64,000 bases of DNA from an uncultured Clostridia bacterium (GTDB lineage: Bacteria > Acidobacteriota > Aminicenantia > UBA2199): the NCBI GenBank assembly GCA_964628035.1, contig CAZVPI010000007.1:10322-74321 (forward strand). Reading direction: 5' to 3'. How positions within the stretch are numbered: the first letter of the stretch is position 1; the number at the start of each line of letters is the position of its first letter. The notes below the pieces were generated by a model that saw only the letters and a program-made list of their open reading frames with translations, was not told where the DNA came from and made no database searches. The position numbers and the translations under genes are program-made. Of this stretch, positions 1 through 9,566 are shown piece after piece.

Positions 1-660
1 CAATGAGCCGTGGACCTTGTAAAGGCGAATGTGCTTCCTATGCTTGTAGATCGTCTTCAAAAGTCCGCGTTGGGGTACTTGTTCACGTATAAGCAAGGAT
101 TGATTCGCGGCCTCCCAATCAGTTCGCCGTTCTATGCCTCCACAAAATCCGCTTGTATAGTAGATGCCGACGTAATCGCAGGCATGCTCAAACAGCGTGT
201 CATAGTTTGGCGTCAGAACATGAAGGATGCGGTCTCCTTCAGGAAGTGTTTCGACCAGACGCTTGAAGAAGTTTGTTGCGGGCCAAGTTACGTCACCGTT
301 AGCGATTCGTAGGGCATACTCACGATCAAAGGCTGAGACAAACCGCCCGGTGGCTACGGTGATCTTTTGCAGAAGCACAGGATCGGTGACATTATCAAGA
401 GCAGATTCCAAGCTGACGCCTTTCTGAAGTGACTTAAGAACCTTTGCCCATTGCTTCTTTTGGCCAGACGAATGGGAGTCGGCAATAACGCTCTGGGCAA
501 GCTCATCTTTCAAAGATTGCATGCCGAAGTGGGGATCAAGCGCACATGACATTCCCGTTCCAAAAAACACAAACGGTTTATTGCGGAAGAAATCGCGTAT
601 GGTATTGATCGCAACGTCTTCGGTCATTTCTGGACGTGTTGATGATTGGGAGCTACCCAT
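1..660 (-). CDS. SIR2_2-family (Sir2-like NADase-type) domain protein, N-terminal about 220 aa; gene continues beyond window start
   Basis: Minus-strand translation from ATG at 660..658 reads MGSSQSSTRPEMTEDVAINTIRDFFRNKPFVFFGTGMSCALDP...LTPNYDTLFEHA...RLYKVHGS. FFGTGMS matches the Rossmann GAGxS motif, TPNYDTLFEHA matches the SIR2_2 ITTNYDxLLExA motif, and HGS is the C-terminal motif. It is not in the ORF track because it runs off the window edge. The start is 1 nt after the rmuC stop. Confidence 0.6.
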   Translation of the reverse strand, partial: MGSSQSSTRPEMTEDVAINTIRDFFRNKPFVFFGTGMSCALDPHFGMQSLKDELAQSVIADSHSSGQKKQWAKVLKSLQKGVSLESALDNVTDPVLLQKITVATGRFVSAFDREYALRIANGDVTWPATNFFKRLVETLPEGDRILHVLTPNYDTLFEHACDYVGIYYTSGFCGGIERRTDWEAANQSLLIREQVPQRGLLKTIYKHRKHIRLYKVHGSL

Positions 661-661
661 C

Positions 662-2134
662 CTATCCTCCCTCATCCGTTAGTACAGGCACATCTGAGCC
701 AATCTGTTCTGTTCCGAGGGTATCGATTAAATCCGTCGACAGCTCCGGTGCCGACAGCACACGTGGCGTTGTCTCGACAGGTGATAGAGGCGGAATCTCG
801 TTTCCAATCGCGGCCCCCAAGTCCTTGAACCTTCGAGCCGCAGGCAGAATCCTGACTTCCATCGAGCCAACCGCGCTGTTATATGCGGCGTTGGCTTTCT
901 CCAATCCCTTACCGATTTCCCCGATGTGCTCGGCCATGGTCTTCATGCGCTCATAGAGCTGCTTCCCGAGGTCGCTGATGACCTGGGCGTTCTTTGCGAC
1001 CTGTTCCTGACGCCAGCCATAGGCAATAGCACGCAAAAGCGCAATTAGTGTTGTTGGAGTCGATAAAACCACGCGCTTTTCCAACCCGTCTTCGATGAGG
1101 CTGTGGTCGGCATCCAACGCTGCGCCAAAAAATGATTCGCCTGGAATAAACATAATAACAAACTCAGGTGCTTTAGAAAATTGGCTCCAATACGCCTTCG
1201 ACGCAAGGGTATTCATGTGAGTTCGCACCTGAGCCGCATGTCGAGCCATCGCCGTCTTTCGCGTATCTTCCGACTCGGAAGCTATGGCGTCGAGGTACGC
1301 ATCTAGAGATACCTTTGCATCCACGACAATTTCTCTTTCGGAAGGAAGCCGAATGACGAGGTCGGGACGCTGGCGGCCTTCTTCAGTGCTTGCGGTAACC
1401 TGTTCGGTAAAATCACAGTGCTCGGACATCCCCGCCAACTCCACCACACGGCGAAGAGTCATTTCGCCCCACCGGCCTCTTACCTGGGGCTTTCGTAGTG
1501 CCGTAACAAGATTCGCAGTTTCTTTCTGCAGTTGTTGTTGACCCGCGGACAGTATCTTTAGATGCTCTGTAAGCCCCGAATAGGCATCTTGTCTATCCTT
1601 CTCGATTGTGCGTACATGTGCCTCAAATTTACTGATGGACTCTGACAGAGGCTTGACTAAACCTTGAATGGCTTCTTGACGTTTTCCAAGATCCCCCCTG
1701 GCATCCGTCAAAGCATTCTCAAGAGTTACCTTGGCTAATTTCAGGAAAGCCGTTGTGCTGTTGTTTAGAGTATCCCCAGCGAGTGCTTTAAAAGTATCCG
1801 TTAGCTTGCTTTTGGCTTCATTAAGAAAATTTCTTTCTTCTTGGAGATGCTGGACAGTTTCCGTCAATTGAGTTTCTGCTTTTACTCGCGCACTGCTTTC
1901 TTTTGTTAGTTGGTCTCTAATCCTGGACAAATCCTCAAAATTCTTTTGATTCTGTGCACGCAATTCGTTATTGATCCCTTCCAAACTCGAAACCCGTGTT
2001 TCAAAAGCGCTTGCTCTATGCTCCACATCACTAATTTTTTCTGAAAATTTCCTTGATACTCGATTTGATGCGATTACCCAAGTAAGAACTGCCCCAATTA
2101 AAAAACCAATTATTGCATAAAGAATAAAAAGCAT
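662..2134 (-). CDS. rmuC: DNA recombination protein RmuC family (N-terminal TM, coiled coil, C-terminal RmuC nuclease-like domain)
   Basis: 490-aa ORF. N-terminal hydrophobic helix, then a long coiled coil rich in Q/E/K, then the conserved RmuC C-terminal block (...[52 protein letters not shown]...). An AAGGAAGG RBS lies upstream of ATG 2134. Confidence 0.85.
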   Translation of the reverse strand: MLFILYAIIGFLIGAVLTWVIASNRVSRKFSEKISDVEHRASAFETRVSSLEGINNELRAQNQKNFEDLSRIRDQLTKESSARVKAETQLTETVQHLQEERNFLNEAKSKLTDTFKALAGDTLNNSTTAFLKLAKVTLENALTDARGDLGKRQEAIQGLVKPLSESISKFEAHVRTIEKDRQDAYSGLTEHLKILSAGQQQLQKETANLVTALRKPQVRGRWGEMTLRRVVELAGMSEHCDFTEQVTASTEEGRQRPDLVIRLPSEREIVVDAKVSLDAYLDAIASESEDTRKTAMARHAAQVRTHMNTLASKAYWSQFSKAPEFVIMFIPGESFFGAALDADHSLIEDGLEKRVVLSTPTTLIALLRAIAYGWRQEQVAKNAQVISDLGKQLYERMKTMAEHIGEIGKGLEKANAAYNSAVGSMEVRILPAARRFKDLGAAIGNEIPPLSPVETTPRVLSAPELSTDLIDTLGTEQIGSDVPVLTDEGG

Positions 2135-2322
2135 CGTTGCCCTTCCTTACATACTTATAATATGTTCTATAAATACACCAAATAATGAAGCAAAGACCTT
2201 TACAACAAGCGTTTAAGTTATTCATTCATTTATTACCACATTAATGTGATATTCATTTCTCTTCTATTGGTTCTCTTTAACAACTCGCCCCCTTTAAATA
2301 CACTCAATGTGATGGAATCCAC

Positions 2323-3552
2323 TTAATCACCTCGGTGATCACCAGATGGCCCCTTTGTGGCCCTTTCCCTTCCGCCAGACACTTGCTTTGCTCCTATGCG
2401 CTTCTTCATTCTAACAGACTCCGGCGGTTTGAAAGCGATCCCTTTTCGTTTCTGCAGCAGGGCTTGGGTCCGCTCGATCTCGGCAGCCAGTTCCTTTTCA
2501 TCGGGGAGGGCTGTCCGATACTCAGAAGCCATCACTTTATTCGGAAGTCCTTCCAACGCGTAGCGGGCAACGGCCGCGTCTTTCTGGGCGCAAAGAATCA
2601 GCCCCACGGGCGGATTTTCATCCTTACGGACCCAGTGTTCCTGCGCGTAGTTAAGATAAAGATGCATCTGTCCGGCGTCGGCGTAGGTGAATTTGCCGAT
2701 CTTCAAGTCGATAATCACCAGACATCGCAGGCGACGGTGGAAAAAGACCAGGTCCACCCGATACCATTCGTCCCCGATGCGCAGACGTTTCTGCCTGCCG
2801 ATGAAACAGAAGTCGCCGCCTAGCTCCAGGAGAAAAGATTCAAGGTGCCGGATAAGCGCCTCTTCCATGTCGGTTTCGGAGTATTCATCCTTGAGCCCGA
2901 GAAATTCCAGAAAATAAGGGTCCTTGATCTCCTCTTCGGGACGGATCCGATCCTTGACGCCGGCCTTCTCGCCCTTGATCAACATAGCGGCCTTGTTTCG
3001 GGATAGTGCCGTGCGTTCGTAGAACTGGGAATTGATCTGGCGATCGAGTTGCCGCACCGACCAACCGCCGCGCCGGGCTTCGGTTTCATAAAAACGCCTG
3101 GCATTTTCGTTCTTTACCGAAAGCAGCCGGACATATGCCGACCAAGGAAGAGAGAAGCAGGATGCGATGCTGGAAAGGGAAGATTCTGCAGACACTGTCT
3201 GCGGAATTTCAAGGCCATCCGATTCTGCGGATGTCGTCTGCGGAATCTGCCATGCGAGGTAGAACGCCTTTATTTGCCAGATATTGCGAACCGAAAAGCC
3301 CTTGCCGTAACGGGCGGACAAATCACCGGACAATCTTTCGATTAGTTCTTCACCATACCCCGCTCGCTTTTCTCCCCTTTGCTCAGTCTCCACAATTCGT
3401 CTTCCAATCAACCAGTAAGCGGCTGTCATCAGGCAATTTACCGAACGAGCCGCCGATCTCCTGGCCGCATCGATAACAGCGGAGATTTCGCCGAGGACGG
3501 AATCGTAATGTTCATCCAGCCGGGCGTCCGGTTTTATCGGCATTTTTGTCAC
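2323..3552 (-). CDS. YhcG/DUF1016-family PD-(D/E)xK nuclease
   Basis: 409 aa. A strong DUF1016 signature is present: DMEEALIRHLESFLLELGGDFCFIGRQKRLRIGDEWYRVDLVFFHRRLRCLVIIDLKIGKFTYADAGQMHLYLNYA, which contains a D...(I/V)DLK nuclease motif. Confidence 0.8.
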   Translation of the reverse strand: MTKMPIKPDARLDEHYDSVLGEISAVIDAARRSAARSVNCLMTAAYWLIGRRIVETEQRGEKRAGYGEELIERLSGDLSARYGKGFSVRNIWQIKAFYLAWQIPQTTSAESDGLEIPQTVSAESSLSSIASCFSLPWSAYVRLLSVKNENARRFYETEARRGGWSVRQLDRQINSQFYERTALSRNKAAMLIKGEKAGVKDRIRPEEEIKDPYFLEFLGLKDEYSETDMEEALIRHLESFLLELGGDFCFIGRQKRLRIGDEWYRVDLVFFHRRLRCLVIIDLKIGKFTYADAGQMHLYLNYAQEHWVRKDENPPVGLILCAQKDAAVARYALEGLPNKVMASEYRTALPDEKELAAEIERTQALLQKRKGIAFKPPESVRMKKRIGAKQVSGGRERATKGPSGDHRGD

Positions 3553-3607
3553 AGATCCCCCTTCCCGTCGAGCCGTCGTGCGTTCCGTGCTTGTTGTCTG
3601 AAGGTCA

Positions 3608-6600
3608 TCATTTCAATTTGCCTCCGTCAGCCATTCCATCCTCGAGCGACTTGGTCATAACATTGGCATTCAGCCAATAATGTTGGATCTTGACGACTTC
3701 CTGCCATGGGAACCTGGCCGGGTCCTTGATAGGATCAAGTAAGGTCGGCTGTTGCGAGCAATTGGTGACCACATAAAGCCAATAACAGTCACGGCGGTCC
3801 TGGGCTACCCGCCTTTCATTCGGGCTCAACAGGATGGCTCCACTGGATGCGCCGATGCCCTTGACTTCAATGAGCCGCAGTTCGCCGGAATTGATGTCCA
3901 GGCTGGTGATATCGTAGCCCAGGTTCTTTTCGTGAACGTCAAACACCTGGCGGCCCTGAGCTTTTTCATAATCTATCACCACATTCATCGCTTTGATTTC
4001 GGTCTCCTTGTTCTGGCGCAAATTACTAATCTCAGGATTTTCTCGTTCGGGATGCGGCAGGACAAGGATGCTGGCTATTCTTTCCACTCCTTGAAGGGAA
4101 AGCGATTTCTGGCGTTCAAGCTCCTCGCGTCGTCTTTCGCGGCGCGCCATGAGTTCAGCGTGTCGATTTTCCGCTTGCGACAAGCGACCGTCCGCTCCGA
4201 CAACCCCTTCATCTTTCTCTTCATTGGCCCTGCCGATCTCTTCATCGGCCCGTTGCAGCAGCTCGGTGAGGGAGAGATCCACGTGCTTTTCGATGCGCTT
4301 CACCTCGGCCAACCGCTCCTCGCGCACTTCATTCAAAAAAGGCTGGAGCGCATTGGCTTGCAACCAAGAGTCGGACTCGGGTTCATTGGCCATCGCTGGA
4401 ATTTCGCTTGGACGATCAGCAGGAATGAGATCATTGAGCATATTGGGTTCACGCAAGCAGGGTTCGGAATCCTTGGCTATTTCAACGGCGAAAAGCCGTT
4501 CGTGGACGATCTGCCCGAGTCCGTCCACAACGCGGGCGCGATAAAAATCGATGCGGCTGGGAATCGCGTGTTGCAAGGAATAAAAACAAGCCCCTTTCCC
4601 AAATACATCACCGGCCTTTTCGCAAGTAAATCTGCGCAACGCCTCAAAGAAGGGATGCCCGGGGGTGATCCATTCCAGGGTATTCTTTTCCGCAGTTTCA
4701 CGGTCGGTCGAACAGCGCGGGTATTTCGAAGCCAAGGCCGGCAATTTCCAATCCGGCTGGCGGTCGAACCGCTGTAGAACAGTTGGCAGGCGGGCTGGTT
4801 CAAAGGTGTGTGCTAGAGTGTCAATGACCTTCAGCTTCAACGGCACATAAGGGGCAGCCTCGATGATGAAGCGGGAGATGGTCTCGGGCACAACCCTTTT
4901 CTCCTGGGCCTTGGCGCGCCGTTCGAGCAACATGGCCAGGTTCAGCTTCTTGGAAGCCAGGCCCTCCAGTGCATTCTGACAGATGGCGCGAAAATGGCTC
5001 TCATCGACATTTTCAAGCAATTGATCTTCCAGATCGGCATCGCCCAGCTTTCCGGAATAGTAGTCGCGAAGCACCCTTTCGACATGGGTGACCGGGAGAA
5101 TCTCGCCGACGACATTAAAAACCGCATCGTCATCCAGGGCGTTGCGGATCTCCTGGAGCTTTTCCAAGAGACGCTGCAGGACCTTCCCCTCGATCGTGTT
5201 GGTCGCGACGAAGTTAAAGATCAGGCAGTCTTCCGTCTGTCCGTAACGATGGATGCGCCCCATGCGTTGTTCCAGGCGGTTGGGATTCCAGGGGATATCA
5301 TAGTTGAACATGATATGGCAGCATTGCAGGTTGATGCCTTCGCCGGCAGCCTCGGTGGCCACCAGGATCTGGATATCCCCTTGCCAGAATTGTTGCTCCG
5401 TATAGATGCGCGTGCCTGGCTCGTCCCGGGAGCCGGGTTTCATGCCGCCATGGATAAAACCCACCTTGAAGTTCCAGGATCGCAGCTTTTCAACGATGTA
5501 GTCGAGCGTGTCCTTGAATTCAGTGAACAAAAGAAGGCGCTTGTCCGGCTGATCAAAGAAGCCCTCCTGCTTCATCAACGATTTGAGTTTTGCTAATTTT
5601 GCCTCGGTATCAGAGATCTCGATATCTTTGGCCTTTTGCGCAAATTGGCGGAGTTCGGCGATCTCTTCGCGAACTTGCTCGGCATTGCCGGAGAGGGTAA
5701 TGGCTTCGAGAATCTGCTCAAGCCGTTCACGGTCATCCTCTTCCATCTCTTCGAGCTCTTCCGGATCAGGGAGGTCAGCCGGGGCTATGCGGATTAACTC
5801 CTGGGCTCGTTTCAGCCCATCCTCTAAGCGCCGAGCCCGGTTCTCCAGGCTATGCCGCATGGCGTACATACTGGATGCCAACCGGCGCTGATACAGGGCC
5901 ATCAAGAAACCGACCGCGCGAGCGCGCGGATCATCGCCTTGGGCGGCCGCCTTGGCACTCTGCCGCTTGACCATGCGCGTGATTTCGCAATAAAGTTCAC
6001 ATTCGGCGCCATCGATTTGAAAATCGACGGTTTGGGGGATACGCTTTTTGAAGATCTTTTCCGCCGCCCACGTACCATCCGCTTGCTGTTCGGGGAAATA
6101 GACCATGGCCTCCTTGGTACGGCGTAGATAAAACGGCGCACGCTTGCGTTCCATGGCTTCGTGGATGGAACGAACATCGGCATAGGCATCGGGATCCAAT
6201 AACTGCAGAAAACGGGTGAAATTCTCCGGATCGCCCTTATGGGGCGTCGCGGTCATGAGCAGCAAATGGTCCGTCGTATCGCGGAGCAACTCCCCGAGAG
6301 CGTAGCGAGCGGTTTTGCGCGCCGGCGGGGTCCAGGACATGTGGTGCGCCTCATCGATAACGATCAGGTCCCAATGAACCTGCTTCAATCCCGGCAAGAT
6401 GTCGGTACGCTTGGCCAGATCGAGCGAAGTAATAATTTTTTTCTGCTCCAGCCACTGGTTGACCCCGTATTGATCGCGGATTTCACTGCCTTTAATGACC
6501 ATGAACTTTTCAGCGAATTTTTCTTTCAACTCCCGCTGCCATTGGAAGGCGAGGTTGGCCGGGCATACGACCAATATTCGTTCGGCCAATCCCCGGAGTT

Positions 6601-7051
6601 GGAGTTCGCGAATCAGCAGACCGGCCATGATGGTCTTTCCCGCTCCAGCATCATCGGCAAGCAGAAAGCGAACTTGGGGAAGCTTGAGAAGATAATCGTA
6701 AACCGCTTCCAGTTGGTGCGGGAGCGGATCCACCCGGGAGATCGAAAGCCCGAAATAGGGATCGAATTCCCAGGCAATGCCAAGCGAATAGGCCTGCAAG
6801 CCCAAGCGAAGCAGTTCTCCATCGCCATCATAGGTGAAACCTGTACTCTGGACAGCAAGAGTTTGTAGATCTTTTTCTGAAAGCGTGACCTTGCGAAATT
6901 TTTCCGAGTTTATTCCTACAAGCCCCAAGGTCATCCCGCCGGAGGGATCGGCCTGAACCGTCTCCACACGCATGGGCTCATTGAAGAGAGAACCTGAAAT
7001 GACACATCCAACTCGAATTGAATCGTGTGACTTACTCATCACTGTCACCAT
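3608..7051 (-). CDS. SNF2-family helicase (DExx box, HELICc) with C-terminal DUF3883-like PD-(D/E)xK nuclease domain
   Basis: 1147 aa. Walker A LLADDAGAGKTIMAG and DExH box LIVIDEAHH are present. A helicase C-terminal block (...QRMGRIHRYGQ) follows. The C-terminal about 120 aa read ...DVHEKNLGYDITSLDINSGELRLIEVKGIGASSGAILLSPNERRVAQDRRDCYWLYVVTNC, which contains D...ExK. The start overlaps the upstream DUF2075 gene by 1 nt. Confidence 0.8.
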   Translation of the reverse strand: MVTVMSKSHDSIRVGCVISGSLFNEPMRVETVQADPSGGMTLGLVGINSEKFRKVTLSEKDLQTLAVQSTGFTYDGDGELLRLGLQAYSLGIAWEFDPYFGLSISRVDPLPHQLEAVYDYLLKLPQVRFLLADDAGAGKTIMAGLLIRELQLRGLAERILVVCPANLAFQWQRELKEKFAEKFMVIKGSEIRDQYGVNQWLEQKKIITSLDLAKRTDILPGLKQVHWDLIVIDEAHHMSWTPPARKTARYALGELLRDTTDHLLLMTATPHKGDPENFTRFLQLLDPDAYADVRSIHEAMERKRAPFYLRRTKEAMVYFPEQQADGTWAAEKIFKKRIPQTVDFQIDGAECELYCEITRMVKRQSAKAAAQGDDPRARAVGFLMALYQRRLASSMYAMRHSLENRARRLEDGLKRAQELIRIAPADLPDPEELEEMEEDDRERLEQILEAITLSGNAEQVREEIAELRQFAQKAKDIEISDTEAKLAKLKSLMKQEGFFDQPDKRLLLFTEFKDTLDYIVEKLRSWNFKVGFIHGGMKPGSRDEPGTRIYTEQQFWQGDIQILVATEAAGEGINLQCCHIMFNYDIPWNPNRLEQRMGRIHRYGQTEDCLIFNFVATNTIEGKVLQRLLEKLQEIRNALDDDAVFNVVGEILPVTHVERVLRDYYSGKLGDADLEDQLLENVDESHFRAICQNALEGLASKKLNLAMLLERRAKAQEKRVVPETISRFIIEAAPYVPLKLKVIDTLAHTFEPARLPTVLQRFDRQPDWKLPALASKYPRCSTDRETAEKNTLEWITPGHPFFEALRRFTCEKAGDVFGKGACFYSLQHAIPSRIDFYRARVVDGLGQIVHERLFAVEIAKDSEPCLREPNMLNDLIPADRPSEIPAMANEPESDSWLQANALQPFLNEVREERLAEVKRIEKHVDLSLTELLQRADEEIGRANEEKDEGVVGADGRLSQAENRHAELMARRERRREELERQKSLSLQGVERIASILVLPHPERENPEISNLRQNKETEIKAMNVVIDYEKAQGRQVFDVHEKNLGYDITSLDINSGELRLIEVKGIGASSGAILLSPNERRVAQDRRDCYWLYVVTNCSQQPTLLDPIKDPARFPWQEVVKIQHYWLNANVMTKSLEDGMADGGKLK

Positions 7052-8913
7052 TACTCCATCCTACTCTTGAAAAATCGTTCGGTTTCCTTGTCTTGGAAAT
7101 AAACATAGCACCCTTTCAGGCCACGTGAAAGCAGAACTCGGTACGTATTTTTTACTAAACTTAGGAAATTGTCCTTGCTCTTTTTCACTACTGGGTCGGC
7201 GGAGCAGGCCTTGTCGCCGATCCATTTTTGGGCATCGAAAGAATAGCAGAGGTCCTTGCCAAAGATTATCCCGACGTAGTCGAACTCGAAGCCCTGGGCC
7301 GTGTAGATGCAGCCGACCTGATCTATGCCCCCGGGATCATTGGCCCAAAGAGTGGCTTTGGGAATACCCTTAGCAAGGCGGGTAGCCTCCGGCTTGGCAT
7401 TCCAGGGGCGATGAAAGTCATCGATCTTCACGTCGTCGACCAGGGTCCCATCGGGACGGGCATCGGACCAGGACCAGCAAAAACCGGCGGCCAAGCGGGC
7501 GCTGAAGCCCTCTACCGCCTTGGCCCGGATCGCCTTATCCAGTTCTTCAGGCGACGGTAATATCCTGAAATCGAACTCCTCCTCCCTGGTGTTCCAAAGC
7601 ACGTTGGCCGTGCGGTGGATCCCTAGAGTATTTTCTATCCAGGCGACGAAACCCTGTGAGCCGGCGCAGCGAAACTGGATGTCGAGAGTGAACTCTTCGA
7701 TATTGGTCATGAGCGCGTTCCCGGCCTTGACGATGTAGTCGGTCGACCCTATCTCACCGGGTCGCACAACTTGGTCGTTATCAATGAAGAAGACGCAGAC
7801 CCGCGCCGCTTTTAAAAGCTCCTCCACCTGGGGTTTGTTCGATTTCTTCTGGAAGCGTGTATTACTAGTTTCGCGGATGCGGTGCGACTCGTCGCAGATT
7901 AGAACATCGACCTCGTCGGGCTGGGCGCCGGCATAACTGTTGAAATACTTGAATTGAACACTGCCTCGCCTGCCGATTACATTGCGCAGAGTCTCGGTAA
8001 AGGCCCGAGATCCGGTGGCGTAATGGGCGTTGAATCCCTTGCGGAGCAATTCAGCCATCAGATTGATGGCAATCACCGACTTTCCTGTGCCCGGGCCACC
8101 CCGGACAATAATCACATATTTTTGCCGCATGTGAAAACCGCGGTCCACGATGCCCAGGATCTTGTCGAATACGACACGCTGCTCGTCGAGAAGAATATAC
8201 TCAGCCTTGCCCTCGATCACACCGGCCACATGGTCCATCAGTTTTTTGCTGGGGCGGTACTTGCTCTCCTCGACCCGGCGCAAGACTTCCATCCCATTCC
8301 CTTTCTTGAGGCGCCGATCCAGGTATGCGCAGATGGAGTCGAAATCGTCTGCAGTAAAGACGGGAGAAGATGCGATAAGAGAGTCAAACTTTGACGCGAA
8401 AAGGACATCCTTTGGTTCCGGCGCATAGTTATGCAGATAAGCGCAGGAATGCAGGTCAACTGGATTGTCGTCAGCATAAAAAGCCGTGTGCGTATCCTTA
8501 AGATATTGTTTGTAATAATCAACCTGGGCCGAAGGATGCAGCACATCTGTGTATCCTCCGGCAAGGATAGTGGACAGTTCGTTGTCGCCAATGGCTTCCC
8601 GGCATTTCCCCCACTGCTTGAGTTCAACGATGACCGCATTGTCCATATCGTCTTCATTCCTGCCGCAGACCATACAATCCAGCCTTTTCGAGCTCAAGGG
8701 AAGTTGGTATTCAAGCAGAATGCCATGATCGACCAATCCCGCGTGTTGGATAACGTCCTTCATCCTTATGAGCGAGTTGTTCCAGGAGCGGATCTCGGCC
8801 TCAGACGGGTTGTATCGGAAATGCTCGAAAAAGGAGCGCCGCAATTTTTCCGAGATCTGGTTGCGAACCGTGTCCTCGATGAAATTCTTAGAATTCCCGG
8901 CGTAAAGCCTCAT
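7051..8913 (-). CDS. DUF2075-family (Schlafen-like) P-loop ATPase/helicase with N-terminal PD-(D/E)xK-like nuclease domain
   Basis: 620 aa. The N-terminal region has D...ELK (RLDCMVCG...NAVIVELKQW). Walker A is IIVRGGPGTGKSVIAINL and Walker B/DExH is VLICDESHRI. The C-terminal DUF2075 region (FVAWIENTL..., CIYTAQGFEFDYVGIIFG) follows. It overlaps the MazG-like gene by 4 nt and the SNF2 gene by 1 nt. Confidence 0.8.
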   Translation of the reverse strand: MRLYAGNSKNFIEDTVRNQISEKLRRSFFEHFRYNPSEAEIRSWNNSLIRMKDVIQHAGLVDHGILLEYQLPLSSKRLDCMVCGRNEDDMDNAVIVELKQWGKCREAIGDNELSTILAGGYTDVLHPSAQVDYYKQYLKDTHTAFYADDNPVDLHSCAYLHNYAPEPKDVLFASKFDSLIASSPVFTADDFDSICAYLDRRLKKGNGMEVLRRVEESKYRPSKKLMDHVAGVIEGKAEYILLDEQRVVFDKILGIVDRGFHMRQKYVIIVRGGPGTGKSVIAINLMAELLRKGFNAHYATGSRAFTETLRNVIGRRGSVQFKYFNSYAGAQPDEVDVLICDESHRIRETSNTRFQKKSNKPQVEELLKAARVCVFFIDNDQVVRPGEIGSTDYIVKAGNALMTNIEEFTLDIQFRCAGSQGFVAWIENTLGIHRTANVLWNTREEEFDFRILPSPEELDKAIRAKAVEGFSARLAAGFCWSWSDARPDGTLVDDVKIDDFHRPWNAKPEATRLAKGIPKATLWANDPGGIDQVGCIYTAQGFEFDYVGIIFGKDLCYSFDAQKWIGDKACSADPVVKKSKDNFLSLVKNTYRVLLSRGLKGCYVYFQDKETERFFKSRME

Positions 8914-9278
8914 TTGAATTCAGTATATTTCTTGGCCGAACCCTTAGCCTTATCGACAGGGTATCGGACTTCATTATGACCGATTTTTTTCCGAATCGCC
9001 TTCTCGATATCTATCTTGGCCTCATGAGCAAAAAGCATGGAAAAGATTAGGATATCGGCAATTTCAGAGGCAAGCCTCTCCCTTTTCTCCTTTGTGATCT
9101 TCCTAGATTCCTGAGGGGTCTTCCAGAGGAAATGTTCCAAGAGCTCTCCTGCCTCTATTGAAATCGCTTCCGCCAGATTCTTCGGATCATGAAACTGCGC
9201 CCAATCACGACGGTCACGAAAAACCAGGATCGTCTCCATTAAATCCCCAGGCATCTTCATTTCATGCCCCCCATCCAT
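8910..9278 (-). CDS. MazG-like all-alpha NTP pyrophosphohydrolase (start may be the internal METILVF at about 9239)
   Basis: The EAGELLEHFLWK and ASEIADILIFSMLFA motifs (E-x-x-E...E-x-x-D metal-binding helices) are typical of MazG/YpjD-like NTP-PPases. The protein is 110-122 aa. It is the first gene of a three-gene overlapping operon. Confidence 0.7.
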   Translation of the reverse strand: MDGGHEMKMPGDLMETILVFRDRRDWAQFHDPKNLAEAISIEAGELLEHFLWKTPQESRKITKEKRERLASEIADILIFSMLFAHEAKIDIEKAIRKKIGHNEVRYPVDKAKGSAKKYTEFK

Positions 9279-9320
9279 CTATTTGAAATCCACTGTTTCA
9301 GGCTAGCTAATTTTAAAAAA

Positions 9321-9349
9321 CGCAGCATTCAATGTCAACCCCAATATTT
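9321..9349 (-). promoter_or_regulatory. sigma70-like promoter TTGACA-N17-TAAAAT upstream of the MazG/DUF2075/SNF2 operon
   Basis: The minus-strand sequence reads TTGACAttgaatgctgcgtttttTAAAAT, with the -35 at 9349..9344 and the -10 at 9326..9321. It sits about 40 nt upstream of the MazG-like start in an AT-rich intergenic region. Confidence 0.35.
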
Positions 9350-9566
9350 TCCTTTTTTTGCCCTGATATAGCCAAGTTCAGATATTTGAATGAGAGAAAA
9401 TAGGGAAAAATGTGATCCCTTCGAAATACGAAGCCAGAGGTTCGACGTCCAAGGGAATTGGGGTCAGGTCTTGAAATGACAGATCCTTCATCGTCCCTAT
9501 TCATGTTTCCGCAGGGCCAAGCTGATGCTCGAATAATGCATCCCCAGATAATCGCCGATTTCACGC

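Noticed and set aside
9420-9445. GGTTCGACGTCC resembling a tRNA T-loop
   Set aside because: No acceptor stem, D-arm or anticodon arm could be built around it. I detect no tRNA in the window.
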